Below, piece by piece: positions 50,555 to 62,320 of a DNA stretch of 64,000 nt. Below the pieces are notes generated by a model. That model was not told where the DNA came from. It saw only the letters and a list, made by a program, of their open reading frames with translations, and made no database searches. The stretch is from NCBI GenBank assembly GCA_963710385.1, contig CAVQAB010000035.1, positions 8,238 to 72,237 on the forward strand. Reading direction: 5' to 3'. The translations under genes and the position numbers were made by a program. Numbering within the stretch: position 1 is the first letter of the stretch; each line of letters begins with the position of its first letter. The stretch is from an uncultured Bacteroidales bacterium (lineage in GTDB: Bacteria > Bacteroidota > Bacteroidia > Bacteroidales > GCA-2748055).

Positions 50555-53500
50555 ATGAAAAGAGTAGTAAGCTTTCTGCTATTTATGGCGTTGGGGACCC
50601 TCACCCTTTTGGGCCAGGCCCGGGAGGTCACCGGTACGGTGGTCAGCGCCGAGGACGGAGCACCGTTACCGGGTGTTTCTGTCGCTGTGAAAGGGACCTC
50701 TATAGGTACCATTACAGATATTGATGGTAATTACGAGATCACAGTGCCACAGGATGTTAATATTCTTGTTTTCACCTTTGTTGGACTCATGAGTCAGGAG
50801 GTGGATATTGGAAACAATACCGTCATCGATGTGATCATGGAACAGGACCTGCTGGAGCTGGATGAGGTGGTGGTAACTGCCCTGGGTATTTCAAGGGAGA
50901 AAAAGGCCCTGGGGTATTCGGTTACACAGCTGAATTCGGAGGATCTTGAACAAAAACCCGAAAGTGATATTGGACGGGTTTTAAGTGGAAAGGCTGCAGG
51001 TGTCCGGGTTACGGCCACCAGCGGAGTTTCCGGTACGGGAACCAACATTACCATACGTGGCTACTCTTCCATCAAAGGGAACAACCAGCCTCTTTTTATT
51101 GTAGATGGAGTGAGGTTTTCAGGAAGTACAAATTCCGGAACTGACAATGAGCAGGGATTCCTGGAAGGGAATCAGGCCACATCCAGCCGCTTTCTGGACA
51201 TTGATCCCAACAGCGTGGAGAACATCTCTGTATTGAAGGGTTTAAGTGCTACCACCATTTACGGTGCCGAGGGACGGAACGGGGTGATCCTCATCACTAC
51301 TAAAAACGGATCTGGATCAAGTGGTCAGGCGCAGGTAACTGTGAACCAGTCAGTTTTCCTGAATAAAGTCAACCTGCCGGTATTCCAGGATACCTATGGC
51401 AATGGATGGACACAGCAAAACGGTTTCTTCTACAGCAACTGGGGAGCTGCTTTTACAGATCCTTATACAACAGTAAACCACCCGTATTCAAATTGGGCTG
51501 ATCCTGACTTGCTTGCCGCGTTCCCTGAATTTCAGGATGGTGTGCAATATGAACTGAGGCCTTATAATAGTGTACCTGAGTTCTTCAGGACGGGTGTTGC
51601 TTCCAATACTTCAGTGAGTATGACAGGAGGGAATGAAAAATCAAGCTATAACGCCAATGTAAGCTATGTGAATGACCAGGGATTTCTGCCCGAGAATGAA
51701 TTAAATAAGTTCAATGTGGGAATCGGAGGCCGCACACAGCTAAGCAAAAAACTGTCTTTCAGTGGAACTATGAATTTCGTTAAGACCGATATGAAGACAC
51801 CTCCCATCAGTTATGGGGATGGAAGTGGAATTGGCGGAGGAAGCGGTATCTCAGTCTTTGCTGATGTGTTGTATACACCAAGGTCCGTTGACCTGATGGG
51901 ACTCCCCTTTGAAAGTCCCTATTGATCACCGCAGTGTTTACTACAGGGCCGGAAACGATATTCAGAATCCCCTCTGGACCACCAAATATGCAAGTTCCAT
52001 TGACAATGTGAACAGGATATATGGTTCAGGGAACCTGTCCTACAGTATTCTTGACAACCTGAACCTGAGTTACAGGTACGGGATAGACCATTATGCAGAA
52101 CAGCAGGAGTACCAGCTAAATAAAGGATCCGTTCAGAATGACAATTATCTGAACGGGCTGTACCGGACCCGGAACATTATGAATACCATCTGGGACCAGT
52201 CTGTCCTTCTAAGCCTTCAGCAGGATATTGGAGATCAAATCACACTGGATGTATTGCTGGGTGGATCATCGGTCCGGGACATCTATAGTTCCGATGGAAT
52301 GGAAAGTACGAACCAGCTGATCTTTGGTATGATGAACCATAAGTATTTTAGTGACCATAGTACCATTAACAGCTTTAACCAAATACCACTTCAAAGTCAG
52401 GCAGAATCCAATACACTTGGAGCTTTCGGACAGGTGACCGCCAGCTACAGCAATTACCTCTATCTGAACGTTTCGGCCAGGAATGACTGGTTCTCCTCCC
52501 TCCAACCGGAAAACAGGAGCCAGTTCTATCCCAGTGTGAGTCTTTCATTTATTCCTTCCAATGTGTTGGAAGTACTACAGGAAAGCGCGGGATTTGATAT
52601 CCTGAAGGTGAGGATTGGATATGGTACTTCAGCTGGATTCCCACCATTGTATGTGACTGAAGATGTACTGGCATCGAACGCACGTGGTTATGTAACCAGG
52701 GATGGCTCAGTGGTTCCCACCAATGGGGTCTCTTACTTCCTGGGGAATCCTGACCTGCAGCCCGAGTTGCATGCAGAAACAGAATTGGGAATTGAATTCG
52801 CCATGTTTGAGAATCGCATTGGGGCCGACATTACGGTATACACGAAAAACACAAAGAACCTGATCACCGATGCCAAACTTGATCCGGCAACAGGGTATTA
52901 CCAGACCTATGTGAATATAGGGCAGATGACCAACCGGGGACTTGAAATGGAACTCCATGTTACTCCGGTGAGAACAACCAATTTCAGTTGGACCGTCAGC
53001 GGGATCTTCACCAAGTATGAAAGTGTGGTGGATGAACTGGGTGCAGGACTTGAAAGGGTACTGATTAACGGATTCACCGACCTGGGGAACTACGCCATTG
53101 CCGGTCAACCCTATGGGGTAATGTACGGTTACGAGATAGCCAGGGATGATGACGGTAATTTCAGGGTGGATGGAAATGGAAATTTCCTTCAGTCAGATGA
53201 ACCAACCATTATCGGTAATCCGCATCCGGATTTTGAGACCAGTGTTGTCAACCGCCTGAAAATTAAAGGACTCACATTCAATATGCAATGGGATTATCGT
53301 CAGGGAGGTGATATCTATTCGGAGACAGTAAATACCCTCATTGGTCGTGGAATTACTGAGGACACCAACATTGACCGCCTGCAAACCTTTGTGATGCCAG
53401 GTGTGTTGGATGACGGAAGACCTAATGACATTCAGATTACTGCCACCAACGCCTATTTTAACAACTTCGGTTCACAGGCACCTTCAGAAGTTAATGTAAT

Positions 53501-53759
53501 TGATGGCACAACCATCAGGCTGCGAGAGGTGTCGCTGAGTTACTCACTGCCCCAGTCCTGGTTGAGCAAACTGCCATTTAAGCGGATCGATCTGTCAGTG
53601 GTTGGACAGAACCTGTGGTTCAGGGCCGTCAACTTCCCGAAGTATGTAAATTTCGATACGGATATGCTGAGCCTTGGTGTGGGTAACGGACTTGGATTTG
53701 ATTTCATTACCGGACCCAGTTCAACCAGGTATGGAGGTAGCATTAAGATTACATTCTAG
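50555..53759 (+). pseudogene. susC: SusC/RagA-family TonB-dependent outer-membrane receptor; one frame break
   Basis: A signal peptide is followed by a carboxypeptidase-regulatory-like domain (VTGTVVSAEDGAPLPGVSVAVKGTSIGTITDIDGNYEI). The plug contains VVVTALGISREKKALGYS. ORFs 50507..51925 and 51909..53759 join near 51915. The protein ends ...GGSIKITF. Confidence 0.9.
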
Positions 53760-53770
53760 ATCAATAAACA

Positions 53771-55426
53771 ATGAGAATTATGAAAAGAATACTAGCACTT
53801 ATATCAGTGACGGCCCTGCTGGGACTCATTGTTGGCTCATGTGACTTTTTCAACCTTGAGCTGACCGAAGATCCCGATGAAGTGACACTGGCCGATGCCA
53901 ACCCTGACTATGCGCTCAATGCCATGCAGGTTGATTTTAAAGACTTCCTAAATGATGAGGATGCGCCCAACTGGAACGGAATGAACAAATTTGGAATGGA
54001 AGTGGTGAGGATGATGAATCCATGGGGCGGAACCTATGAAAATGCGTATAATCCCCAGGATTTCGATGCTGTATGGGGCAATGCTTATGAAGGATTGTTG
54101 ATGGATGCACAAACTTTCCTTCCCATCTATGAAGAGAAAGGGTGGTGGGTCCATGCCGGGATTACCAAGGTACTCCAGGCCTATACCCTGGTGACCCTGG
54201 TGGATTTCTTTGGTGACATCCCGTGGACAGAATCTTTTGATGCCACCAACTTCAATCCGGTGGCTGATGATGATCAGGCGGTATACAATGTTGCCCTTGC
54301 CAAACTTGATGAGGCTATTGCCGATCTGGCAAAAGAGGCTATGGCCACACCCTCCAATGATCTTTTTTATGGAGGTGATGCTGATGCCTGGACAACGCTG
54401 GCCAAAACCCTTAAATTGAAGATCTACCTCAATCTGAGGTTAGTGGACGCTTCAGGGGCCACTTCAGAAATCAACAGCCTGATAGCTGATGGTGATCTGA
54501 TCAATGAATCATCACAGGACTGGGTGTTTGAATATAGCCGCAATACAGATAATCCCGACAGCAGGCATCCATACTTCACCTATAATTACCTGAATGGTGG
54601 AAATGATTACATGGCCAATTATTTCATGTGGACCATGTACGAAGAGAAAGGTGTTATGGATCCAAGGATGCGGTACTACTTCTATCGTCAAGTGGTGGTT
54701 TCTTCAGAAGATTTCCAGGAATTACCCTGTTACGGAACTCCCAGGCCAGGTCATTACGCAGTGGATATGCCCTTCTGCACCCTGAATGATGGGTACTGGG
54801 GACGTGACCACCTGGATGATGACGGGATCCCGCCTGATACCAAGAAAAGAACCCTTTGGGGAGTATATCCTGCAGGAGGTGAGTTTGACAGTGACAATGA
54901 CGTTCCAGGTGGTGCTTTATCAGGTCTTCAGGGGGCCGGTGCTGAAGTGATCATGCTTGACAGTTATGTAAAGTTTATGCTGGCCGAAGCAGCCCTGACC
55001 CTGGGAACAACAGGTGACCCAAAGCAGTTACTTCTTGACGCTGTTCAGGCTTCCATTGACCATGTGATGGCTTTTGGTGAAGCAGTGGCAGTTGAAGGAT
55101 ACATCCCTGCCCAGGCGGACATTGATGATTACCTGGCTGAGGTGGGAACTTTGTATGACAATGCAGCTTCTGACAACGAGCGTCTGGAGATCATTGTGAA
55201 GGAGTATTATATTGCGTTGTTCGGGAACGGTATTGAATCCTACAACCTGGTAAAAAGAACAGCCATGCCCTCTAATCTGCAACCTGCTTTGCTGGAATCG
55301 CCTGGACAATTCCCGCGTACCTTTAACTATCCGGCTGATTGCGTTAACCTGAATTCCTCCATTGATCAGAAGGAACATACGGTGCAGGTTTTCTGGGATA
55401 CAAATCCGGCAGGAATTATTCAATAA
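53771..55426 (+). CDS. susD: SusD/RagB-family nutrient-binding outer-membrane lipoprotein
   Basis: 551 aa with a lipobox (VGSC) and helical TPR-like SusD architecture. It lies immediately downstream of susC. Confidence 0.85.
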   Translation: MRIMKRILALISVTALLGLIVGSCDFFNLELTEDPDEVTLADANPDYALNAMQVDFKDFLNDEDAPNWNGMNKFGMEVVRMMNPWGGTYENAYNPQDFDAVWGNAYEGLLMDAQTFLPIYEEKGWWVHAGITKVLQAYTLVTLVDFFGDIPWTESFDATNFNPVADDDQAVYNVALAKLDEAIADLAKEAMATPSNDLFYGGDADAWTTLAKTLKLKIYLNLRLVDASGATSEINSLIADGDLINESSQDWVFEYSRNTDNPDSRHPYFTYNYLNGGNDYMANYFMWTMYEEKGVMDPRMRYYFYRQVVVSSEDFQELPCYGTPRPGHYAVDMPFCTLNDGYWGRDHLDDDGIPPDTKKRTLWGVYPAGGEFDSDNDVPGGALSGLQGAGAEVIMLDSYVKFMLAEAALTLGTTGDPKQLLLDAVQASIDHVMAFGEAVAVEGYIPAQADIDDYLAEVGTLYDNAASDNERLEIIVKEYYIALFGNGIESYNLVKRTAMPSNLQPALLESPGQFPRTFNYPADCVNLNSSIDQKEHTVQVFWDTNPAGIIQ

Positions 55427-55442
55427 TTTAAAGATAGAAACA

Positions 55443-56305
55443 ATGAGACTATTCAAATATTATATAATAGTAGTTCTGGTTGCCTTGGGTTATTCCTGTG
55501 AGACTCCCATGCTGATAAATCCTGAAGATGTGGACAGAGGGATCTTTGTGACCTTTGAGCCAGGGAATATGAACATGAACTCAGATGATATAGCCGGGAC
55601 ACCAGTTACAGGTACTTTTGATGTACGTGTTGACAATGTGGCCAGTCATGATATCTATGTAAGGAGGATCTATGACCGGGGCGAAAGCGAGTCTGATCTT
55701 GTCTTGCTTGAGACCATCACCTCCTTTCCTTACGAATTCTCGGTGGATGGCAGTGAGCTTGCAGCACTGTTTGGAGTTCCGTTAGAAGATATCTTCGGCA
55801 ACTTTTTTGAATTTAACTGTGAGGCAACCGGTAAAAATGGAGAGATAGCTACCGTGGATAACCTGCACCCTGACTTCCTTGGTGCTCCTGAACAGCTCCA
55901 GGGCTTCCAGTTCCAGGGAGCAGTGGTTTGTCCCTCCGATCCCAATGTGATCGTTGGAACTTACAGCACGGTTGCCGATGGAACATCGCCCGATTTTGGA
56001 GATGTGATGGTTAGGGGAGTTGCATACCATAACGATTACTGCTACCGATGAGGAAGGATTTTATTACATTTCCGTTTTTCATTCGGGATTATGATTTCTT
56101 CTTTGGAACTGCAGGTTGGATTCCGCCTGGTGATTGGCCGGGAACCATACAGGATGTATGCGGAACCTTCTTTATTACAAATACCCTCGATTTTTGGGCT
56201 GCAAGTGTTTATGGAGACTTCACTTTCAACGGCGATGGAACCATTACAGTTGTAGGTGGTACTTCTTATGGTGACACCTGGACAGCCGTTCTCACAAAGA
56301 TTTAG
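55443..56305 (+). pseudogene. PUL-associated hypothetical surface lipoprotein; frame-broken
   Basis: The gene starts at MRLFKYYIIVVLVALGYSC (lipobox). The ORFs ending at 56051 and 56048..56305 are joined through a short third-frame piece (TDEEGFYYISVF), giving at least 2 breaks. Confidence 0.55.
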
Positions 56306-56328
56306 AATTACTTCAAGCTGAATTCAAA

Positions 56329-56362
56329 AGGAGGCCGTCTCAGCTGGGACGGCCTCTTATTA
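56329..56362 (+). terminator. Intrinsic terminator of the susC-susD-lipoprotein operon
   Basis: GAGGCCGUC-8 nt-GACGGCCUC (9-bp stem, 56331-39/56348-56) is followed by UUAUUAU. Confidence 0.65.
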
Positions 56363-56436
56363 TAGTCAGCTAAATTACTTACTTAATAGTGATTACTTTT
56401 CCGGTGCCTCCGTCCAGGTACCCATCCCCAAAAACC

Positions 56437-57194
56437 TCACTTAAAAATGGCCATGGCCTTGTCTCCGGTACAATGGGTGGGGCAAATTTGCCTTATACCC
56501 ATATTCTGAAGTTCTGAAGCAATTTTTCTTACATTTTCGTCCGGAGTTTGCAGCAGGTGTAGTCCACCAATGACCGTATGAATCTCAATGCCGAGCTTTT
56601 CTGTCGGCAACAGACACCATCTCGACTGATCCCGGGATGTCCACATCCGGTGATCAATACGCCTCCATCCTCAGTTTTAATCACCAGTCCCTGCTCTTTA
56701 AAGGCTTCAAAATTATCTCCTGTGGAGTAAAACGGACCATAGAGATGAGTGGGTTCAGACAATCCGGTGCTATTCTGTGGAAGCTTGTCCATTGGCCTTG
56801 AGATCTGCTGCATAGGTGGCCGGAAGATAGCATTTGACCGATGGATTGATTTCGGTGATCCACGGAATACCGGCCGTATGATCACCGTGTTCGTGAGAGA
56901 TGAACAGGCTGGGGATCTTCTCCGGTTTGATCTCAAGCAGGTTTCACATTTTTTCTGTAAAGATCAGGTTTTCTGCCTGCATCAAACAGCAATGGATGAT
57001 CCTGGTATTCCACAAGACAGGCAAAACCCCAATCGGTTTCAAGGGATTCATCATCCTGATAGTTGTCATAGATGATGGTAACAGATACATCAGCTTTCAG
57101 GGGAATCAGATAATTTCAGAACTGGTTCCCTGGCGGTAAGTGTTGACAGACTCAGCAGCAGGCCAAGTGCAGTCAACCGAATCATTATTTGCAT
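56437..57194 (-). pseudogene. MBL-fold metallo-hydrolase with signal peptide; frame-broken
   Basis: The gene starts at MQIMIRLTALGLLLSLS (57194). It contains FISHEHGDHTAGIPW (HxHxDH motif), VLITGCGHPGI and ICPTHCTGDKAMAIFK in different minus frames. There are at least 4 breaks. Confidence 0.7.
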
Positions 57195-57195
57195 G

Positions 57196-57928
57196 TTAGA
57201 TTTCTTGTTTATAGTGAAGTGCACTGAAAACCTGATTTTTGTAGTTCCGGCCAATCCTCAATTTGGCATTTTCCAGCTCAATGGTGGTGGCATTAAATGC
57301 CCTGATCCTGGGAATGGATACGATGTAGGATTTATGAATCCGGATAAATTGTTCGGAGGGTAGCTTGTTTTCGATGTTCTGCAGACTGCTTTTTACTACC
57401 ACCCGCCTGTTGTCGGTATGGATTCTGATGTATTCGTTCAGCCCCTCAATGAAATGGATTTCACTCAGGTAGATCTTGATGACCTTTTTATTTTCTTTCA
57501 CATAAATGAAAGCATCATTACTCATGCCATTTCCACCTTCCAGTTCTACAGTTTCAGGTTGTCCCGACTGGAAATATTTATTCACTGCTTTGAAGAATCG
57601 TTCAAAGGTGACCGGTTTCATCAGGTAGTCGACAACATCCAGTTCAAATCCATCGAGGGCATACTGACTGTATGCTGTGGTGATGATAACTTTGGGTGGA
57701 CGTTTCAGGGTTTTTAGAAAATCAATTCCTGTCATCTGGGGCATCTTGATGTCCAGGAACATCAGATCGACAGTATGATTGCGAAGTGCTTCCATGGCTT
57801 TCATGGCATTGTCGCATTCGTCAACGATTTCAAAATTCTCAAGTTTTATGGATATGTCCCCTGATCAGTTCCCTGGCCAGCGGTTCGTCATCGACAATGA
57901 GGCACCTTGTTTTCATGTATATATTCAT
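57196..57928 (-). pseudogene. LytTR-family response regulator; one frame break
   Basis: The N-terminus MNIYMKTRCLIVDDEPLARELI (from 57928) joins ORF 57196..57804. That ORF has the receiver (DLMFLDIKMPQMTGIDFL...ITTAY) and the LytTR DNA-binding domain (FIRIHKSYIVSIPRI). The break is near 57845. Confidence 0.85.
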
Positions 57929-58207
57929 GTTACAGGCCGCGTTGAGTTATTGACACGGTCAACTGCAACCTGTTTGGGTTCATATAATCAATTAACATGA
58001 AAACAGTCTTACGAATCTTCACTTCAACATAGCAAATTTACGAGCTTTTCTTAAATCATTTCAGTAAAATGCACATAAAATAACCTGTAAACGACTCAAA
58101 ACAGTCAGTGAAATGCTTTCATACCCGTTTTTTCCAGTTCACATTGAGCAGGCCTCGCTACGTTGATATTAAATGGTAATACAACCAGGCATGGCTATTT
58201 TTAATTC

Positions 58208-59273
58208 GTGTATAACTTACTGATCAGTCAAAAATTTAGCTCACAGGATTATCCGCCATGTGCTACTGTTTGTGATCATGGTATTGCTCTTTTCCTGGGT
58301 GACCTATTCTCGTACAGGATGATTCAGGAGGTTATTTCTGAAGTTTATTTCGGTATTTATCAATGCTATTTTCTTTTTTGGATATGCTTACCTGACTGTA
58401 TACCTGTTTATTCCCAATTTTCTTGTAAAGAGAAAGGTGCTCGTTTTTGTTATACTCTTTATGGTGACCGGAGTTGGATTGTCGCTTCTGAAATTCCTTT
58501 TTTCTGATTTGATCTTTTACCAGGCAATTGCACCGGAAAGCAGCTCATTTGGAAGCGCTGTTTCCCTCTCTGCCTTGCTGGTAAATACCAAGGATATGAC
58601 CTTTATTGTGGCAATTTTTGCCCTTGTGAAATTTGCCAGGGACCACTACATCCTTGAATCAAATATCAGGGAGTTGCAAAGGAAAAGGATTGGAAGCTGA
58701 ATTAAAATTACTTGAGCATCAGATGGATCCACATGTGATCTTTAACAATTTCAATAACCTCTATTCCATATCCATCTACAGGCCGGAGCACCTCAAATCG
58801 ACTGTAAAAAAGCTCAAATCTATATTGCACTACCTGTTTATGGAGAGCAAAAAGGAGAAAGTACTCTCTGACCAAGGAGGTGGAAATGATTGAGAACTAC
58901 ATCGGACTGGAAAAATTAAGGTATGGAGAGCGGCTGAATGTTTGACTTTAAGGCTGAAGGTAATATGGAAGGGTTTAAGAATAGCACCGCTCATTCTATA
59001 TTCTTTTGTTGAGAATTGTTTTGTGCACGGAGCAGGAGAGGATCCCAGCAAATCGTGGATCAATATTGAATTAGCAGTCAATGATTCAAGACTCTGTTTT
59101 ATGGCAGCCAATTCTGTGTCGGAGCAACACCGTGAGCAGAAGAGCAGACGGAAAAGGCAAGTGCCAATGAAAACAGTGTGAGGAGGCTTGAATTGCAGTA
59201 CCCCAACAGTCACAGGCTGGCCATCCGGGAAAGGCGAAATGAGCATGTGGTGGAATTAAATGTAAGCCTGTAG
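58208..59273 (+). pseudogene. Sensor histidine kinase, LytS/YehU-like (paralog 1); frame-broken
   Basis: A polytopic N-terminus (FFFGYAYLTVYLFIPNFLVKRKVLVFVILFMVTGVGL) is followed by an H-box region (LEHQMDPHVIFNNFNNLYSI) and an N-box (PLILYSFVENCFVHG). The gene ends at 59273. There are at least 4 breaks. Confidence 0.75.
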
Positions 59274-60368
59274 ATGATGAGAAGGAGGTTGATCAGACTT
59301 GTTAGAAAACAGGACTTGGAGGCATATTCTTTTCTGGATATGCTGGGTGCTGGGATTTACATTTATTAAGAGTTTCGGAGAAAGCTGCTGAAGTTTATCT
59401 TGGGATGGTTCTCCTATTATGTTGCTTACCCTTCCCATTTTTGTGGCCCACACCTACCTGGTTGCATATGTACTTGATTCCCATTTCTTCTCAACAAAAG
59501 GTAGTATCCCTGTATTCGTTGCTCTTTTCCTGGCATTGTTTTATGGATTTTCTGTTCTTGAACTGATCCTGAGTAATGAGTTCATCTTCAAATGGTATCC
59601 CACCGGATCCGATGATTACTGAAAATTACCTGGTCCCGGGAATGTGATTCGAAGTGGATTGGGAAACCTATATATTGTCCTGGTATTTCTGGCTTCCAGA
59701 ACTGTACGGAACTGGTACATGGCCGATAACAAGCAGAAGGAATTGCATGCAGGCTTGAACTTCAGCAACAGATGGAGGATGCCATGACCAGGGTGCAACC
59801 AATGATGTTGCTTTATGCCATTGATAAGATTGACAAGATGGTGGATCACTCCTCACCTGAGGTTACACGAGGCCATTGCACTGACTTCTGAATTGCTGAG
59901 TGAAGTGATGATGTACCATGAAGAGGAAAATCAGTTGTTTTCCAGGGAGATTGAGCTGGTTAAAAAACTGGTCACCCTGGTATCACTTTTCAGAGATCGC
60001 AAAACCTGAAGTGGAGTTTTTTATTTCCGGAGATCCCGGACAGATTAAATCTACCACCCATGATCCTGTTCTCCCTCGTTGATCTGATTTTCAGGAAGTT
60101 TGAAATGGAGACCAATCCATTCCTGAATTGAATATTGAAGCTTCAGGATATTCCAATATGATCACAATTCAGGTCTTGAACAGTGGTGCAAGAAAGCAGG
60201 ATGATAGACTGGAGGAATGTCTTCAAAGCATTCAGCAACTGGAAGCCTTTACCGGGCAAGAGTCTTCATTTCCCATTGAAACCCACAGCTTATGGATGTT
60301 CCGTGATCATCAGGAATAGTGATCAAGACGATGTAAATACCATTCACCCGGCAGCCGGATGCAGTTGA
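59274..60368 (+). pseudogene. Sensor histidine kinase-like (paralog 2), degenerate and frame-broken
   Basis: The start ATG abuts the HK1 stop. TM fragments are present (LPIFVAHTYLVAYVLDSHFF...FVALFLALFYGFSVLELIL). Remnants of the dimerisation and ATPase regions (QQQMEDAMTRVQPMMLLYAIDKI; ITIQVLNSG) lie in several frames. Confidence 0.5.
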
Positions 60369-60457
60369 CATGGACTAAGCTGGTCGTAAGCTGAAAAAGT
60401 TTTTTTAAACAGCACTGGTGACATATTTTTGAATTGACTCTATGCACATCAATAGAT

Positions 60458-60530
60458 AACTTGCCGTCAGCAGTCTTACTTCAAAGTTTTAGGTTTAATA
60501 AGTAACTTCCCCGACGGCAAGTTTTTTTTT
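60458..60530 (+). terminator. Long branched hairpin plus T9 terminator after HK paralog 2
   Basis: AACTTGCCGTC (60458-68) pairs with GACGGCAAGTT (60513-23), an 11-bp stem enclosing an inner stem. It is followed by a run of T residues. Confidence 0.6.
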
Positions 60531-60756
60531 CCCACATCCCTTTCCTCCGATTTCAAGCATTTCCACTCATTCCAAACTGTCCCAAAGCGCACAGCTATGT
60601 GCAATTCCGTACGATTTTAACACAATTTCACATTCTAGAAAATATGTATAAATCAACATGATCAGATAGTATATAAGTCATTTGGCATAATACATGATAT
60701 ATCTATAGTAGTCATAATGGGAATGTACAGGGACGATTACAAAAGAGGGGTAAAAG

Positions 60757-61412
60757 ATGATTATTAGATCAATATTTGGTTTCTCGAAATTATCATCAGC
60801 AGGCAGAAAGCAAGAATAACCTGGAGTTATTTAAAAACCTGTTGCAGCCGCATTTCCTGTTTAATTCACTGAATAACCTTTATGCACTTTCGCTTCGAAA
60901 ATCGGATCAGACTCCTGAAGCCATTGCCGGTCTATCCCAATTGCTGGAAAGGGTAGTATCCTATTCAAGACAGGATCATGATCCAGCTTTCGGAGGAAAT
61001 TGGACTTGATCGAGGATTATATTGCCCTGGAAAAGATCTGGCTGGGAGAGTGCTCCTTTCATGATGGACTTCCAGGTAAAAGGTGATACGGAAGGAGTAT
61101 CAATTCCTCCTCTGACCATTTATACCCTGATCGAAAATGCATTTAAGCATGGCATCCGAAAGTGCGAAAACAATGGATGGATTACCATTCACCTGGTGGT
61201 GAAGAAGGATAAAATCCTTCTGAAGATCCGGAATTCTGTTCAGACCTGTGCGAATCCTCAGAAGTTGACACCATGCCGCTCACACCGGACTTGGGAATTG
61301 AAGCTGTCAGAAAACTTCTGGATGGTTCATACAGGAAAAGTATTACCTGGATGCACGTTCCATTGGCAATGTGTATGCTGTGGACCTGATCATAGGCCGG
61401 GTGGCAGCTTAA
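60757..61412 (+). pseudogene. Histidine-kinase core fragment (paralog 3; no membrane sensor region); frame-broken
   Basis: An H-box (LLQPHFLFNSLNNLYALS), an N-box (PLTIYTLIENAFKHG) and the end GKYYLDARSIGNVYAVDLIIGRVAA (stop 61412) are present. Only the ~215-aa cytoplasmic core exists. There are at least 3 breaks. Confidence 0.65.
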
Positions 61413-61430
61413 GGCCTGTCACTGTCATTG

Positions 61431-61459
61431 ACACTTCATTTACACGTTATACATATTCT
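61431..61459 (+). promoter_or_regulatory. Three phased ACA-N-TT repeats upstream of small-protein paralog 1
   Basis: ACACTTCAT (61431-39), ACACGTTAT (61442-50) and ACATATTCT (61451-59) lie 85-110 bp upstream of the ATG at 61543. Confidence 0.35.
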
Positions 61460-61542
61460 CTATTAACGTCAGTTGATTGATCATATTTGAGACTACCGCT
61501 TTATACCAATAAATTTAATAGTATAATCAAATTGATATCGCT

Positions 61543-62021
61543 ATGAAAAAGGTTAGTTTGTTCAGAAGGGTGACGACCATGGTCGTCGCACTGTGCGTCT
61601 CCACCACATTTGCTATTTGCAGATGGAGAAACCACAGAAGTATTCCTCACAGGTACTTCAAATTCATCCGCTGGTGATTTTGTGGTGCAGACTACCAATG
61701 ACATGTTCCATTTCCAGGGTAGGGAGTATGAAGTATTCAGGGTTTATTACGACGATCCTGATATGAACATGAAGATTGCAGTAAATAATGAAGGGAAGTG
61801 TACCTCGTTTGTTGCCTTTAACGGCGAGTTTATGTTTTTTTACAATTGCAACAAGCATGGTTTTGGCGTAAGAAAAGTGATGTTTTCAAATCCCTGGGCC
61901 AAGGATGCATTTGATGCCCAGCAGTTTCACGACCAGACAGTTCTGATGAAGGACAAGGAAGGTTGAGAAGAAACAGGCAGTGGGTCTGATTGCAGCCTAT
62001 GTACCCCAGTTAAAAGGGTAA
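61543..62021 (+). pseudogene. Small secreted protein, paralog 1 (~155 aa, unknown family); two frame breaks
   Basis: The signal peptide MKKVSLFRRVTTMVVALCVSTTFA joins ORF 61610..61966 (FADGETTEVFLTGTSNSSAGDFVV...NCNKHGFGVRKVMF) and then KIEKKQAVGLIAAYVPQLKG. Confidence 0.6.
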
Positions 62022-62066
62022 CCACTTAAACTAACCTGAGTTTTCAGCAGTACAATTTCACCTATG

Positions 62067-62104
62067 ATGGGCCGGCGGGTATCCGCCGGCCCATTATGTT
62101 TTGT
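62067..62104 (+). terminator. Intrinsic terminator after paralog 1
   Basis: AUGGGCCGGCGG-GUAU-CCGCCGGCCCAU (12-bp GC-rich stem) is followed by UAUGUUUU. Confidence 0.75.
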
Positions 62105-62145
62105 AACATTCAGACAATCAAAATTTTAACATTCATTTACATTCA
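62104..62145 (+). promoter_or_regulatory. Direct repeats TAACATTCA x2 and TTACATTCA upstream of small-protein paralog 2
   Basis: TAACATTCA occurs at 62104-12 and 62127-35, and TTACATTCA at 62137-45. A related pair occurs at 60618-26/60628-36 (TAACACAAT/TCACATTCT). Confidence 0.4.
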
Positions 62146-62320
62146 TCCGATTTCGTACAAAAGTGTCCATTTTCGGGCGAAATTAACAATTTTTACGAAT
62201 TCATCAAATAGCCACGTAACAGTACAGATAAATAATACTGTTAGAAGTTATGGCACAGCTGATTGCAATTAATAGTAAGCATAACAGAAACAATTAATTA
62301 AACTCAAAAATCTTAATACG

